Positions 1 to 9,611 of a stretch of DNA of 64,000 nucleotides are shown in pieces. The position numbers and the translations under genes were made by a program. Every line of letters starts with the position of its first letter. Position 1 is the stretch's first letter. This stretch comes from an uncultured Candidatus Binatia bacterium (lineage in GTDB: Bacteria; Desulfobacterota; Binatia; Bin18), in the NCBI GenBank assembly GCA_965200965.1, contig OZ241744.1, positions 2,880,001 through 2,944,000 of the forward strand. The letters are read 5' to 3'. The notes beneath the pieces were generated by a model. That model was not told the DNA's origin. It did no database searches and saw nothing but the letters and a program-made list of their open reading frames with translations.

Positions 1-309
1 TATGCTTGCGTGTTGGTCACGCCGGATGATGAGGGGCGTAAGCGCTCTGAGGTGTCGGATAAAGATGCGGATTTGCGTCCTCGCGCCAGACAAAATGTCG
101 TCTTGGAGCTTGGAATGGTTCTCTCGCGTTTGGGGAGAAGCAGGGTAGCCGTCCTAGTGAAGGGTAGCGATGATATAGAACGTCCCTCTGACATCGACGG
201 TTTGCTCTATATCGAGTTCTCGGATCATGTAGACGGAGCGAAGAATCAACTCGCTGCGAACCTACAGAAGGCTGGTTTCGATATCCAGATCGAGGACTTG
301 GCGTCTTGA
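1..309 (+). CDS. TIR-domain nucleotide-binding protein (CAP12/Pycsar-type TIR, PF10137-like), 5'-truncated by window edge
   Basis: Frame open from base 1. [10 protein letters not shown]...[13 protein letters not shown]...[11 protein letters not shown] matches the TIR-like family signature including the conserved Glu. Confidence 0.85.
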   Translation, partial: YACVLVTPDDEGRKRSEVSDKDADLRPRARQNVVLELGMVLSRLGRSRVAVLVKGSDDIERPSDIDGLLYIEFSDHVDGAKNQLAANLQKAGFDIQIEDLAS

Positions 310-320
310 CGAGGCAAGCG

Positions 321-803
321 GTGAGTCGTAAGCAAGTGATGATCTACACAGATGGGTCCTGTCTCGGAAACCCCGGGCCTGGCGGGTATGCCGCCATCCT
401 GGATTACAAGGGACACCGCAGAGAACTGTCGGGTGGTTTCAGAGAGACGACGAATAACCGGATGGAACTGTTGGCTGTCATTGAGGGCCTTGCCGCCCTG
501 AAGGAACCGTGTGACGTAACCCTGCATAGCGACTCTGAATATGTCGTTCGTGCAATGCGTGCGGGGTGGCCTGACACATGGAGAAAGAAGGGCTGGCGAC
601 GCAATGGTAAAAAGAGCGTTGCCAACCGTGATCTCTGGGTCGAATTGATGAAAATGTGTGACAAGCACGATGTGCAATTTGAATGGGTGAGAGGCCACTC
701 AGGACACCCGGAGAACGAACGCTGCGACCGGCTCGCCCTGACCGCTGCGCAGACGCCTGACCTTCCTGCCGATGAAGCCTATGAACACGCACTGCCTCAT
801 TAG
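321..803 (+). CDS. rnhA: Ribonuclease HI
   Basis: [52 protein letters not shown] motifs. Start GTG 321 (or TTG 306). Confidence 0.95.
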   Translation: MSRKQVMIYTDGSCLGNPGPGGYAAILDYKGHRRELSGGFRETTNNRMELLAVIEGLAALKEPCDVTLHSDSEYVVRAMRAGWPDTWRKKGWRRNGKKSVANRDLWVELMKMCDKHDVQFEWVRGHSGHPENERCDRLALTAAQTPDLPADEAYEHALPH

Positions 804-1002
804 TCCCCGCAGGTGCAAGCGGCCGGCTATGGCCCGGATTCGGCGGGGACGGAGGGCGGCAGTTCTATGCGCTGGGCGGCGTTTTCGACTTTGAGGATGG
901 TGACGGCGAAGGTCAACTCCCGGCCGGCCAGGGGATGCCTGGTGTCGATTGTGGCGCTGGTGTCGTTGACCGCGGTGACCCGGGCGAACAGCGTCTGTCC
1001 GC
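803..1002. repeat. Diverged direct-repeat copy of the 3' end of the FKBP gene plus 24 bp downstream (matches 2225-2430)
   Basis: Direct alignment by eye: about 8 substitutions and one 6-bp indel. Confidence 0.95.
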
Positions 1003-1244
1003 TTCCCCCGCTCGGAACTCAGCCCCAGCGTCCGGGCGACCGGACCGTCGTAATAGTCAGTGGCGCAGATCAGGACAAACAGGCCGGCCACCAGCCCGGC
1101 ATTGCCCACACTTGGCCGCCGCCACCCGGTGTCAACAGCGTACACAAAAAGCGGGGTCAGGAGCAGCCGCAGAGCGGTCAGCGCATGGGCAAAGTTGAAC
1201 GGCCGCCGGTCGGGAAAAACGTTGACAGAATGCCTCGTTGCCAT
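1003..1244 (-). pseudogene. CDP-alcohol phosphatidyltransferase (PgsA-like), 5' fragment fused to the FKBP repeat copy
   Basis: NFAHALTALRLLL...DYYDGPVARTLGLSSERG (DxxDGxxAR motif) breaks off at 1003. GGAGGG RBS before ATG 1244. Confidence 0.75.
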
Positions 1245-1365
1245 CCCTCCAGTGTAGACGGGAGGGGTGGGAAACGGAACGGATGGGTGTGAGAGCCCCA
1301 GTCGGGTGGGCAGTGACACCGTGTTTACAGTTCGTCCGGCTGCTCTGCGAGGATTTGCCGCTGAC

Positions 1366-1983
1366 TCAGCGTGAGCGCTGGCGCAAATTCAGCGGTACCA
1401 CATAGCGCGGGGTGGCGGCCGGCTGGCCCGGTGTGGGTGATTCCAGAAAAGTGACGCTCTCGTAAAAATCGTCCAGCGCGATGAACTGCCCGTTGTCTTC
1501 CGCCCATTCCCGCATCCGGCGGCTGCAACTGTGGTGCCACGACAGCACTTCTATACGCCATTCCTTACGGTGCATGCGTTCCAAGTCAGCGTGAAAGCCA
1601 ACACCGTCAGCGAAGCCGGCCCCGTCTCCGGTCAGTATGACCGCGATTCCCGGATCACCGTTGTAGTCTACGGTATCGCGGAGCATATAGGTTTGGAGGG
1701 CCTGATCCACGCCCTGTTCACGACCGTGCAGCGCGCCCCGCTCTAATAAATGGATGGTGACGCCTTCGTTTTCCAGGCGATTCCAGACGTGACGCAACTC
1801 CGGCGGAATAGAGCCGACAGCGATAGCCCGATGAATCGGTCGCCCCGCGTGCGCTAATTCCAGAAGATTGCGGAAATGGATGCGTACCCGCGAGCGCGTA
1901 TTCTCGCCTTCACGCTCTGCCGCGATTTCTTGCGCACTCATGAAAATGTTGGAATTGTCCCAGTAGATAAAAACTTTTTTCAT
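1366..1983 (-). CDS. NYN/LabA-type PIN-like domain protein
   Basis: VFIYWDNSNI, EQGVDQAL and ILTGDGAGF motifs. Confidence 0.88.
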   Translation of the reverse strand: MKKVFIYWDNSNIFMSAQEIAAEREGENTRSRVRIHFRNLLELAHAGRPIHRAIAVGSIPPELRHVWNRLENEGVTIHLLERGALHGREQGVDQALQTYMLRDTVDYNGDPGIAVILTGDGAGFADGVGFHADLERMHRKEWRIEVLSWHHSCSRRMREWAEDNGQFIALDDFYESVTFLESPTPGQPAATPRYVVPLNLRQRSR

Positions 1984-2248
1984 CTCACCCTCTACGCTCC
2001 GGGCGGATTGATCCCAGTGGGGGCGGGGTTTGATTAGTCGCCGCTTGGCCTCGGCTGCAACTCCAGAGACTACCGCTTGCCCTGCTTGGGCTCCGGCTGG
2101 TCTGGCTTTGGCCTGGGGGGTGGTGGAGGCGGCGAACTTTTGCCTGACCTGCTCTCAGGCCATTCTACTCTGCTCAATCGTCCGCGCAAACCGACTTACG
2201 CTAAGCTGGAACCTTACCCGGTGGGTCCCCGCATGTGCAAGCGGCCGG

Positions 2249-2821
2249 CTATGGCCCGGATTCGGCGGGGACGGGGACGGAGGGCGGCAGCTCTATGCGC
2301 TGGGCGGCGTTTTCGACTTTGAGGATGGTGACGGCAAAGGTCAGCTCCCGGCCGGCCAGGGGGTGGTTGGTGTCGATTGTGGCGCTGGTGTCGTCGACCG
2401 CGGTGACCCGGGCGAACAGCGTCTGTCCGCCCGGTCCTCTCCCCTGGAGCTGGGTGCCGACCTTGCGCGCCTGCTCAGGAATCTGCTCGATCGGCACCTG
2501 CTGGGTGCGGCTGGGGTCGCGCTCGCCGTAGCCGTCCTGGGGCAACACCACAATCTGTTTTGTGTCACCGGCCTTGAGGCCGAGCAGGCCGCGCTCCAGC
2601 CCTTTGACAATCTCGCCCCGGCCGTGGACATAGACCAGCGGCTCTTGGCCGATGTTGGTACCGGCCTGGGTGCCGTCGCCCAAGGTCAGGGTATACTCGA
2701 AGGAGACCTGTTTGCCGTTGGCAACCGCCAAGTCTCCGCCGGCCTCGTCCTCAGCCCAGCCCGGCAGGGCGATGAGGACGGCCACGAGTACCGCGCCTAT
2801 GCTCCAGATTGAACGTGTCAT
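2249..2821 (-). CDS. Exported FKBP-type (SlyD-like) peptidyl-prolyl isomerase
   Basis: Signal peptide, VSFEYTL, PLVYVHGRGEIVKGLE, DGYGERD, IDTNHPLAGRELTF. Confidence 0.92.
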   Translation of the reverse strand: MTRSIWSIGAVLVAVLIALPGWAEDEAGGDLAVANGKQVSFEYTLTLGDGTQAGTNIGQEPLVYVHGRGEIVKGLERGLLGLKAGDTKQIVVLPQDGYGERDPSRTQQVPIEQIPEQARKVGTQLQGRGPGGQTLFARVTAVDDTSATIDTNHPLAGRELTFAVTILKVENAAQRIELPPSVPVPAESGP

Positions 2822-2869
2822 AGTGTGTCTCCTTTCAAAAGGTGTGGCTGGGGCACCGGCGCGGGAGTT

Positions 2870-3772
2870 CTACAGCATCCGCGGCGGGTTCAGATGGGAG
2901 CCGAGGGTGCTCTTGAAGACTTTGAACAGGTGGTCAAGGTCCCACGGACCTGGACTGTAGATCGTCTTTTCCGGCTCCAGGTGGGTGTAGAGGGCGATCC
3001 GGTAGCCGCTGGCCCCAAACGCCTGGCCCGTCACCTCCCGGGCGTCGTCGCTGGCCAGGAAGACTACAATCGGGGCGATGTTGGTCGGGTCCATCGGGCT
3101 GGCCTGCTCCTGGGCGGCTTCGCTGCTCTCGGTCAGGCCCATCTGCTGGGCGAAGTTGGCTGGAATGGTATCGGTCATGCGGGTGGCCGCCCCGGGCAGG
3201 ATGGCGTTGCAGGTGACGCCGTATTTTTTAAGGGCGTTGGCGCAGCTATAGGTCAGCCCCAGAATGCCGGCTTTGGCCGCGGCATAGTTGGGCTGGCCGG
3301 GCGCGCCGAGGGCTGAGCCTGAAGAGAAATTGATGATCCGACCGCCTTTCTGCTGGCGCATCAGAGCCGAGGCCGGGCGGATGGTGCAGAAATGGCCCTT
3401 GAGATGGACGGCGATCACCGCGTCCCACTCTTCTTCGCTCATGTTGAAGATCATCCGGTCGCGCAGAATCCCGGCGCAGTTGACCAGAATATCCAGCTTG
3501 CCAAAGCTGTCGGCCGCGGTCTGGATCAGGCTCTCGCCGCCCTGGACGGTGGCCACGCTGTCGGTACTGGCCACGGCCTGGCCGCCGGCGCGGGTGATCT
3601 CGTCCACTACCTGCTGGGCCGGGCCGGCGTCCTGCCCCTCACCGTCCACGCTGCCGCCAAGGTCATTGACCACAACCTTGGCCCCCTCTTGGGCCATGAG
3701 CGTGGCAATGCCACGGCCAATGCCGCGACCCGAGCCGGTCACGACTGCAACTTTTCCGTCAAGTTTGCCCAT
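2870..3772 (-). CDS. SDR family NAD(P)-dependent oxidoreductase (intact copy; ORF extends in-frame to 4006 through an insert)
   Basis: TGSGRGIG, NCAG, NYAAAK motifs. Confidence 0.93.
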   Translation of the reverse strand: MGKLDGKVAVVTGSGRGIGRGIATLMAQEGAKVVVNDLGGSVDGEGQDAGPAQQVVDEITRAGGQAVASTDSVATVQGGESLIQTAADSFGKLDILVNCAGILRDRMIFNMSEEEWDAVIAVHLKGHFCTIRPASALMRQQKGGRIINFSSGSALGAPGQPNYAAAKAGILGLTYSCANALKKYGVTCNAILPGAATRMTDTIPANFAQQMGLTESSEAAQEQASPMDPTNIAPIVVFLASDDAREVTGQAFGASGYRIALYTHLEPEKTIYSPGPWDLDHLFKVFKSTLGSHLNPPRML

Positions 3773-3781
3773 TGGTGTTCC
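3533..3781. repeat. 249-bp direct repeat, copy 1 (SDR 5' region)
   Basis: Matches 4026-4274 at offset 493 with one visible mismatch (3546/4039). Confidence 0.95.
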
Positions 3782-4025
3782 CTCATGCCGTTCAACGAAG
3801 CCATCCCTGACCAAACCGCGAAGCAGGCCGGCACGGTATCCAGGCAAGGCTTCAATCTGTTGTTGCGTGAAGCTCTTGTTTTTGCTTGCCTTGACGGCTT
3901 GCACAAACATCCTGGCAGCGCCGCGCTTAGTCCCAAACGGCGGGTCTTCCGTTTGCCATTTGCTGGTCTTGGCAAAATTCGTTACCACCTTTTTTGTCTT
4001 TGCCATACATACCTCCGTTGTTGAA
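3782..4025 (-). other. 244-bp more AT-rich insert with its own RBS and ATG (4006); the resulting 78-aa basic N-terminal extension is fused in-frame to the SDR
   Basis: GGAGGT RBS, MAKTKKVVTNFAKT...; no stop before the SDR ATG. Confidence 0.7.
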
Positions 4026-4274
4026 CTCGCCGCCCTGGGCGGTGGCCACGCTGTCGGTACTGGCCACGGCCTGGCCGCCGGCGCGGGTGATCTCGTCCAC
4101 TACCTGCTGGGCCGGGCCGGCGTCCTGCCCCTCACCGTCCACGCTGCCGCCAAGGTCATTGACCACAACCTTGGCCCCCTCTTGGGCCATGAGCGTGGCA
4201 ATGCCACGGCCAATGCCGCGACCCGAGCCGGTCACGACTGCAACTTTTCCGTCAAGTTTGCCCATTGGTGTTCC
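4026..4274 (-). pseudogene. 249-bp direct repeat, copy 2: truncated SDR 5' fragment carrying the native RBS
   Basis: MGKLDGKV...VATAQGGE then runs into the insert. AAGGAGG RBS upstream of ATG 4265. Confidence 0.9.
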
Positions 4275-4286
4275 TCCTTATGTCTT

Positions 4287-5471
4287 TCATCCTTTTGGTA
4301 AGCCCAAGACCCGGTCGCCCAGGATGCCGCGCTGAATCTCGGAGGTACCGCCGGCGATGGTCAGCAAACGACAGGCCAGGGCGGCCTTGGGCCAGCGGCC
4401 GTTTCTGAGCGTATAGTCCGAGCCTTGAACAAGCTGGGCGTAGGGGCCGAGCAGTTCGGTGGCAAACAGGGCCAGCCGCATATTCAACTCAGAGCCGGCC
4501 AGTTTGTTGACCGAGCCTTCGGGGCCGGGCGGATTGCCCTGAATGCGTTTGCTGAGGCTACGGAACATATTGCAGGTGAGGGCCTTGCACTCAATCGAGA
4601 ACTGGACCAACTGCTGGCGCACCGCGGGGTCTTGTGTGGCCGGCCGGCCGTTCAACTCAAGCTCTCTGGCCAGGCTGATGAGTTCGTCGAGGTGGCGGTG
4701 AACCGGCAGTTCGTTGCCAATCCCGGCCCGCTCGTGCATCAGGGTTGTCACCAGGACCTTCCAGCCCTCGTCTTTGGGGCCGATCAGATTGGTGCGTGGC
4801 ACGCGCACATCTTCAAAAAAGACCTCGTTGAACTCGGCGTCGCCGGTCATCTGCACCAGCGGCCGCAGGCTGAGCCCGGGTGTGTTCATATCGACCATCA
4901 GGCAGCTGATGCCCTTGTGTTTGGGAGCGTCCGGGTTGGTGCGCACGAACAACTGGATGTAGTCGGCGCGGTGGGCAAAGCTGGTCCAGACCTTCTGGCC
5001 GTTGACCACAAAATAGTCGCCCTGCTCAACCGCCCGGGTCTGCATCGAGGCCAGGTCAGAGCCGGCGCTGGGCTCCGACAGGCCCTCACACCAGATTTCC
5101 TCCCCGGACAGAATCTTGGGCAGGTGGTCTTGTTTTTGCTCGTCCGTGCCCCAGTGGATCAGGGTCGGGCCGGCCATCATCAGGCCCAGCGTATTGGCAA
5201 ACCGCGGCGCGCGGGCCTTGGCCATCTCCTGCTTATAGATGAACATCTCCATCAGGCTGGCCCCGCGGCCGCCGTACTCCTTGGGCCAGTGAATCCCGAC
5301 CCAGCCTCCCGCGGAGGCGGTCTTTTGCCAAGCGCGCTGGTACTCAAAGCGGGCGTCGGCGTCAATCTCGTCAAAGTGCTGCGGATCATAGCCTTGCGGC
5401 AAATTGGTTTGCAGCCAGACCCGCACTTCCTGGCGAAAGGCTTCCTCTTCGGGGGTAAAATGAAAATCCAT
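4287..5471 (-). CDS. Acyl-CoA dehydrogenase (FadE17-like)
   Basis: WCEGLSEPSAGSDLAS, NGQKVWTS, TIAGGTSEIQR motifs. Confidence 0.95.
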   Translation of the reverse strand: MDFHFTPEEEAFRQEVRVWLQTNLPQGYDPQHFDEIDADARFEYQRAWQKTASAGGWVGIHWPKEYGGRGASLMEMFIYKQEMAKARAPRFANTLGLMMAGPTLIHWGTDEQKQDHLPKILSGEEIWCEGLSEPSAGSDLASMQTRAVEQGDYFVVNGQKVWTSFAHRADYIQLFVRTNPDAPKHKGISCLMVDMNTPGLSLRPLVQMTGDAEFNEVFFEDVRVPRTNLIGPKDEGWKVLVTTLMHERAGIGNELPVHRHLDELISLARELELNGRPATQDPAVRQQLVQFSIECKALTCNMFRSLSKRIQGNPPGPEGSVNKLAGSELNMRLALFATELLGPYAQLVQGSDYTLRNGRWPKAALACRLLTIAGGTSEIQRGILGDRVLGLPKG

Positions 5472-5611
5472 GTCGGTCCCTCCGCGGCGGTCAGCTTAAC
5501 CGCTTCGCCAGCCAGGGTAAAGGGTCGGAGCAGGACGTGCGATTGTGGCCGCGGTGCGCCACAAGGGCGTCTACAGCACAGGCTCCGGTCAGGACCCCGT
5601 GCCGCTGCGCC

Positions 5612-5833
5612 CTATTTTTCCCGATACAGTGTGTCCAACTGGGCCAGAAGGTCGGCCCGGCTGCCGGGCGGAGGGTTTTCCCCGGCTGGCGGCGGACGGT
5701 CAGGCGCGCCGGCCTGAAGCCGGGCCAACTGGCTTTGGAGCTGGGCAATACGCCGGTCCTGATCGGCCAACTCGTGCCGCAAGCGGCGGACTGAGGCTTG
5801 CAGCGCAGCCAGGTTTGTCTGGTGGGTCGCCAT
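5612..5833 (-). CDS. Small coiled-coil hypothetical protein
   Basis: Heptad-like LAALQASVRRLRHELADQDRRIAQLQSQL in a gap between genes. Confidence 0.5.
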   Translation of the reverse strand: MATHQTNLAALQASVRRLRHELADQDRRIAQLQSQLARLQAGAPDRPPPAGENPPPGSRADLLAQLDTLYREK

Positions 5834-5941
5834 GCGCCAAAGGGAAACGATTGGGGTGCTCCCCATCGTTCTCATCACACGCCGTCGGCCTTTGCAAGCC
5901 GGCTTTGACAAGCCACCGCCCGATTGCTAGTCGGTACGAGT

Positions 5942-7009
5942 ATGAACACGGCCGTGCCGGATGGGCTGGGGGTGGCGGTGGAGCGAACCTGGGGGGCTGA
6001 GATTGCCGCGGTTGAGCCCCTGGCCGGTGACGCCTCAAGCCGCAGTTACCTGCGTTTGCGCCTGCGCGGCCGCGGACCGCAGAGTGTGGTGGTGATGGTC
6101 TTGGCCGAGAGCGCCCTGCCGCTGTCGTCGGAAGAACTGTCGGTTTTTTCTGAGCCGCTGACCGAGCTGCCGTATGTGAACCTCGATCGGTTTCTGCGAC
6201 CGCTCGGCATGCGTATTCCAGACCTGTATTACGACGGGCCGGGTTTTCTGCTGCTCGAAGATATTGGCGACATGCCGCTCCGCGAGGCCGCCCAGGATTG
6301 TTCAGAGGCCGACGCCGAAGCCCTGTACCGCCGGGCTGTTGACCAATTGCTGTTGCTCCAGATTACCGGTACCCGCAAGCGCGATGCCGACTGTATTGCC
6401 TTTCGGCAACGCTTTGACCGGCGGCTGTTTGTGTGGGAGTTTGAGCATTTTGTTGAGTGGGGGCTGGAAAAGCGGGTCGGCAGACCGCTGAGCGTCGCCG
6501 ACGGTCATGTCCTGCGCCCCCTGTTTGAGGACATTGCCGGCCAGCTCGATCGCGCCCCGATGTTTCTCAACCACCGCGACTATCACAGCTGGAATCTGTT
6601 TGTGCATGGCGGGGAGATTCGCGTCATTGATTTTCAAGACGCGCTCCTCGGTCCGGCCACCTATGACTTGGCGACCCTGCTGAACGACCGGGATACGCCG
6701 GCGGTCGTCACCCCGCACTTGGAGCGCAGGCTGGTTGAGTATTATTATGATGCCTGGCACCGGGCCGGTGGGGCGGCCCGCTCGCACGACGCTGTGTGGC
6801 ACGAGTACAACCTGTGCCTGCTCCAGAAAGCCTGCAAAGTGGTCGGTCGGTTCTGTTATCTGGAGCTGGAAAAGGGCAAGACCGGCTACAGCCGCTATAT
6901 CGCGCCGACCCTGGCCACCATCCGTCGGGCGCTCGATCGACTACCCCAGTATCGCCCCTTGCAGGATATCGTGGCCCGACATTTTCCCGACGAGCCATGC
7001 GCGCCATGA
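5942..7009 (+). CDS. amgK: Aminoglycoside-phosphotransferase-family sugar kinase (AmgK-like)
   Basis: LAGDASSRSYLR, HRDYHSWNL, IDFQDA motifs; coupled to a nucleotidyltransferase. Confidence 0.8.
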   Translation: MNTAVPDGLGVAVERTWGAEIAAVEPLAGDASSRSYLRLRLRGRGPQSVVVMVLAESALPLSSEELSVFSEPLTELPYVNLDRFLRPLGMRIPDLYYDGPGFLLLEDIGDMPLREAAQDCSEADAEALYRRAVDQLLLLQITGTRKRDADCIAFRQRFDRRLFVWEFEHFVEWGLEKRVGRPLSVADGHVLRPLFEDIAGQLDRAPMFLNHRDYHSWNLFVHGGEIRVIDFQDALLGPATYDLATLLNDRDTPAVVTPHLERRLVEYYYDAWHRAGGAARSHDAVWHEYNLCLLQKACKVVGRFCYLELEKGKTGYSRYIAPTLATIRRALDRLPQYRPLQDIVARHFPDEPCAP

Positions 7010-7734
7010 TTCTGGCCGCGGGTCTGGGAACCCGCCTGCGGCCGCTTACCCACACCACGCCCAAGGCCCTGGTTCAGGTGGCCGGCCGGCCGCTGATCGA
7101 GTATGCCCTGCGCTTTGTGTGCGCACAGGGCATCCGCCGGGTGGTGATTAACCTGCATCACTTAGGCGACCAGATTCGGGCCAAGCTGGGCAACGGGCGG
7201 GCCGGCGGCCTTCAGATCAGCTACTCTGTTGAGGAGCGCTTGCTGGAGACCGGGGGCGGGGTGAAGCAGGCCCAGGTATTACTCGAGGACGGTGGGCCGT
7301 TTCTGGTTGTCAACTCGGACGCCATTCTTGATATTGACTTGGCGGCGGTGGTCAGCGCCCACCGCCGCAGCAGGGCGGTGGCGACCCTGGTCCTGCGGCC
7401 CGACCCTGAGGCTGCCCGCTACGGCCTGCTGGAGATTGACGCCAGCGGTCGCTTACGCCGCGTGCGCGGCCAGCCGGCCACGGTAGACGCCGGGCCGCTG
7501 TCGGCCTATATGTTCACCGGCTGTCAGATTCTTGAGCCGCGCATTTTTGATTTCATGCCACAGGGCCGGGCCTTCAGCCTCACCCGCGACACCTATGTCG
7601 GCCTGCTGCGGGCCGGGGAGCCGCTGTGTGGCTTTGTGCATACCGGGGCGTGGATGGTGGTGGACGATGCCAGGGGCGTGGAGCGGGCAACGCAGGCGAT
7701 TCGCTCCGGCCGGCTGTGCCTGTCCTACCTCTAG
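6997..7734 (+). CDS. murU: NDP-sugar nucleotidyltransferase (MurU-like)
   Basis: MRAMILAAGLGTRLRPLT...PKAL, LETGGG, NSD motifs; overlaps the amgK-like gene. Confidence 0.8.
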   Translation: MRAMILAAGLGTRLRPLTHTTPKALVQVAGRPLIEYALRFVCAQGIRRVVINLHHLGDQIRAKLGNGRAGGLQISYSVEERLLETGGGVKQAQVLLEDGGPFLVVNSDAILDIDLAAVVSAHRRSRAVATLVLRPDPEAARYGLLEIDASGRLRRVRGQPATVDAGPLSAYMFTGCQILEPRIFDFMPQGRAFSLTRDTYVGLLRAGEPLCGFVHTGAWMVVDDARGVERATQAIRSGRLCLSYL

Positions 7735-8450
7735 GCTCCGATGCGGGCGAAGTGCTCCACACAGGCTTGGGCCGCGGGGGCGTCCCGGACGCGAGACAGC
7801 AGCCACTCGCGCAGGGCTTGCCGGGCCGGCTTGGCCGGGAAGGCTTCGGGGGGCAGGGCTGAGGACAGGGAGTGAATCAGGTTGCGCACTATCGTCGGGG
7901 TGAACTCGGGATGAAACTGGGTGCCCCAGATGCGCTGGCCGAGTCGAAACGCCTGGCAGGGCCAGTGCCCGTTGTCGGCCAGCACGACCGCGCCCGGGGG
8001 CAGGCTGGTGACGACATCGCCGTGGCTCATGTGGGCCACAAAGGAGTCTCCGAGGTGTGAGAGCAAGGGGTCGGCCCGTCCCTCGGCAGTCAGGCTGAGG
8101 CTGACCGTTCCCAGTTCCCAGCCCCGGGGGCAAGGTTCGACCGTGCCACCAAAGGCTTGGGCGATGAGCTGATGGCCGAAACATACGCCATAGATCGGCA
8201 CCTCCCGGTCCGCGGCACGCCTCAGAAAGTCCTCGCTGCCGGCGATCCAGTCTTCGTCGTCATAGGTGGAGGCCGGCGAGCCGGTGGCGATGATGCCGGC
8301 CCAATCGGTGTCGGCCGGCACTTCCTTGCGGGCGTCAACCACCGTGCAGCGATCGTCACCGAGCAGGTTCAGAAACGCCCGCTCATAGGGGCCGAGTTGT
8401 TCGGTCACACGCCGCGGCAACTCGCCGGTCTTGAGAATCAGGAGTTTCAT
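7731..8450 (-). CDS. Class I glutamine amidotransferase
   Basis: TGSPAS, GVCFGHQL, QFHPE motifs. Confidence 0.9.
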   Translation of the reverse strand: MKLLILKTGELPRRVTEQLGPYERAFLNLLGDDRCTVVDARKEVPADTDWAGIIATGSPASTYDDEDWIAGSEDFLRRAADREVPIYGVCFGHQLIAQAFGGTVEPCPRGWELGTVSLSLTAEGRADPLLSHLGDSFVAHMSHGDVVTSLPPGAVVLADNGHWPCQAFRLGQRIWGTQFHPEFTPTIVRNLIHSLSSALPPEAFPAKPARQALREWLLSRVRDAPAAQACVEHFARIGA

Positions 8451-8454
8451 GTGT

Positions 8455-9558
8455 TCAGCGGTCCCGATGGTCGCGCGTCTGGCCGGGGGCTTTGGGGTGG
8501 GCATAGGGGTGGGGGCGGTCGGCGGCAACCTCAAAGGGGATGGCCTCCAGGCCGGCCATGCTGTCTTTGTAGGCGGCGATGAGACGGTCCTCACCGGCGT
8601 AATCAAACGGGTCCTGGAGCCGCTTCTCGATCTCTCCGCCGCGTTCCGGCTGATGCTCAACATACCACCTGACGGTGCTGGCCAGGGCGTCTTCAACGCT
8701 GGAGACATCGCTGTAGCCGAGTTGGCGCTTGATTTTGCTCAGGTCCACAACCCGATGGTGGGAGCTTTGCTGCATGGCGTAGGGATGGGCCGGGCGGGCA
8801 ATACGGTGGGGCATACTGACAATCTCCCACTCGTAATCCAGTTCTTTGGCGATGAGCTCAACGACTTGGCGCAGGCTGAACTGGTGTTCGTCGCCACAGT
8901 TGTAGAGCTGGCCGGCCGAGGCGTCCGGCTGGTCCACGGCCAGCAGGACGGCGTGGGCCAAGTTGCCGGCATAGCCGTGGGTGAACAGCATCAGGCCGGC
9001 GTCGGGAAGAATAATATGCGGCCGCTTGTCCAGAATGCGCCGGATGACGCTCCACTCACGGGGCACGAGTTGATACGGGCCGTAGACATAGGGATAGCGG
9101 AAGTAGGCGGCGGTCGGGTGGGTTTCTAACACCGCCTGTTCGGTCTGGGCGATCAGATAGGCGAAGCGCAACTCGTGTTCGCTGTCCACTACCGGCGCGT
9201 CTTCTGGAACCGCCACTTTGAGGCCGGGCGGGAACACGGCGTAGGCGTCCATATAGCCCCGGTAGCTGGCCACGCCACCAACGCCGACAAAGCGCCCGAC
9301 CTTGCCGACCAAGGCTTCGGCCACAAAGCGGATGCGGCCGTAGGTGACGACCGCGAGGTCAAAGGTCCGCCCATTGAGGGCCTCGTCAATGGTCTCCCGG
9401 AAATGCGGGTCGCCGTGGATGTGTTCAACCTGGGGTGGAATCTCGGGAATTTCGTGGGTCCCGCGGTGAAAAATTGTCACCTCATAACCCCGGTCAATCA
9501 GGCCATTGACAATAAACGGGCCGGTCGGGCCGGTCCCCCCAACGACAAGTGCTTTCAT
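8455..9558 (-). CDS. NAD-dependent epimerase/dehydratase family protein
   Basis: VVGGTGPTG Rossmann motif, RYPYVYGP. Confidence 0.88.
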   Translation of the reverse strand: MKALVVGGTGPTGPFIVNGLIDRGYEVTIFHRGTHEIPEIPPQVEHIHGDPHFRETIDEALNGRTFDLAVVTYGRIRFVAEALVGKVGRFVGVGGVASYRGYMDAYAVFPPGLKVAVPEDAPVVDSEHELRFAYLIAQTEQAVLETHPTAAYFRYPYVYGPYQLVPREWSVIRRILDKRPHIILPDAGLMLFTHGYAGNLAHAVLLAVDQPDASAGQLYNCGDEHQFSLRQVVELIAKELDYEWEIVSMPHRIARPAHPYAMQQSSHHRVVDLSKIKRQLGYSDVSSVEDALASTVRWYVEHQPERGGEIEKRLQDPFDYAGEDRLIAAYKDSMAGLEAIPFEVAADRPHPYAHPKAPGQTRDHRDR

Positions 9559-9611
9559 TGAGAACCTCTTTCGGAGGCAGCTTGTTGGCTGCCGAAACGG
9601 GGGCCGTTGTT

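Noticed and set aside
2811-2821. GAACGTGTCAT match to the hairpin stem
   Set aside because: Only 11 bp, no core loop; it is the FKBP start-codon region and probably chance.
4425-5717. Long antisense ORFs (this one, 16486-17583, 28704-29912, 45481-46773 and others)
   Set aside because: Shadow ORFs opposite well-supported genes, expected in high-GC DNA; no motifs.
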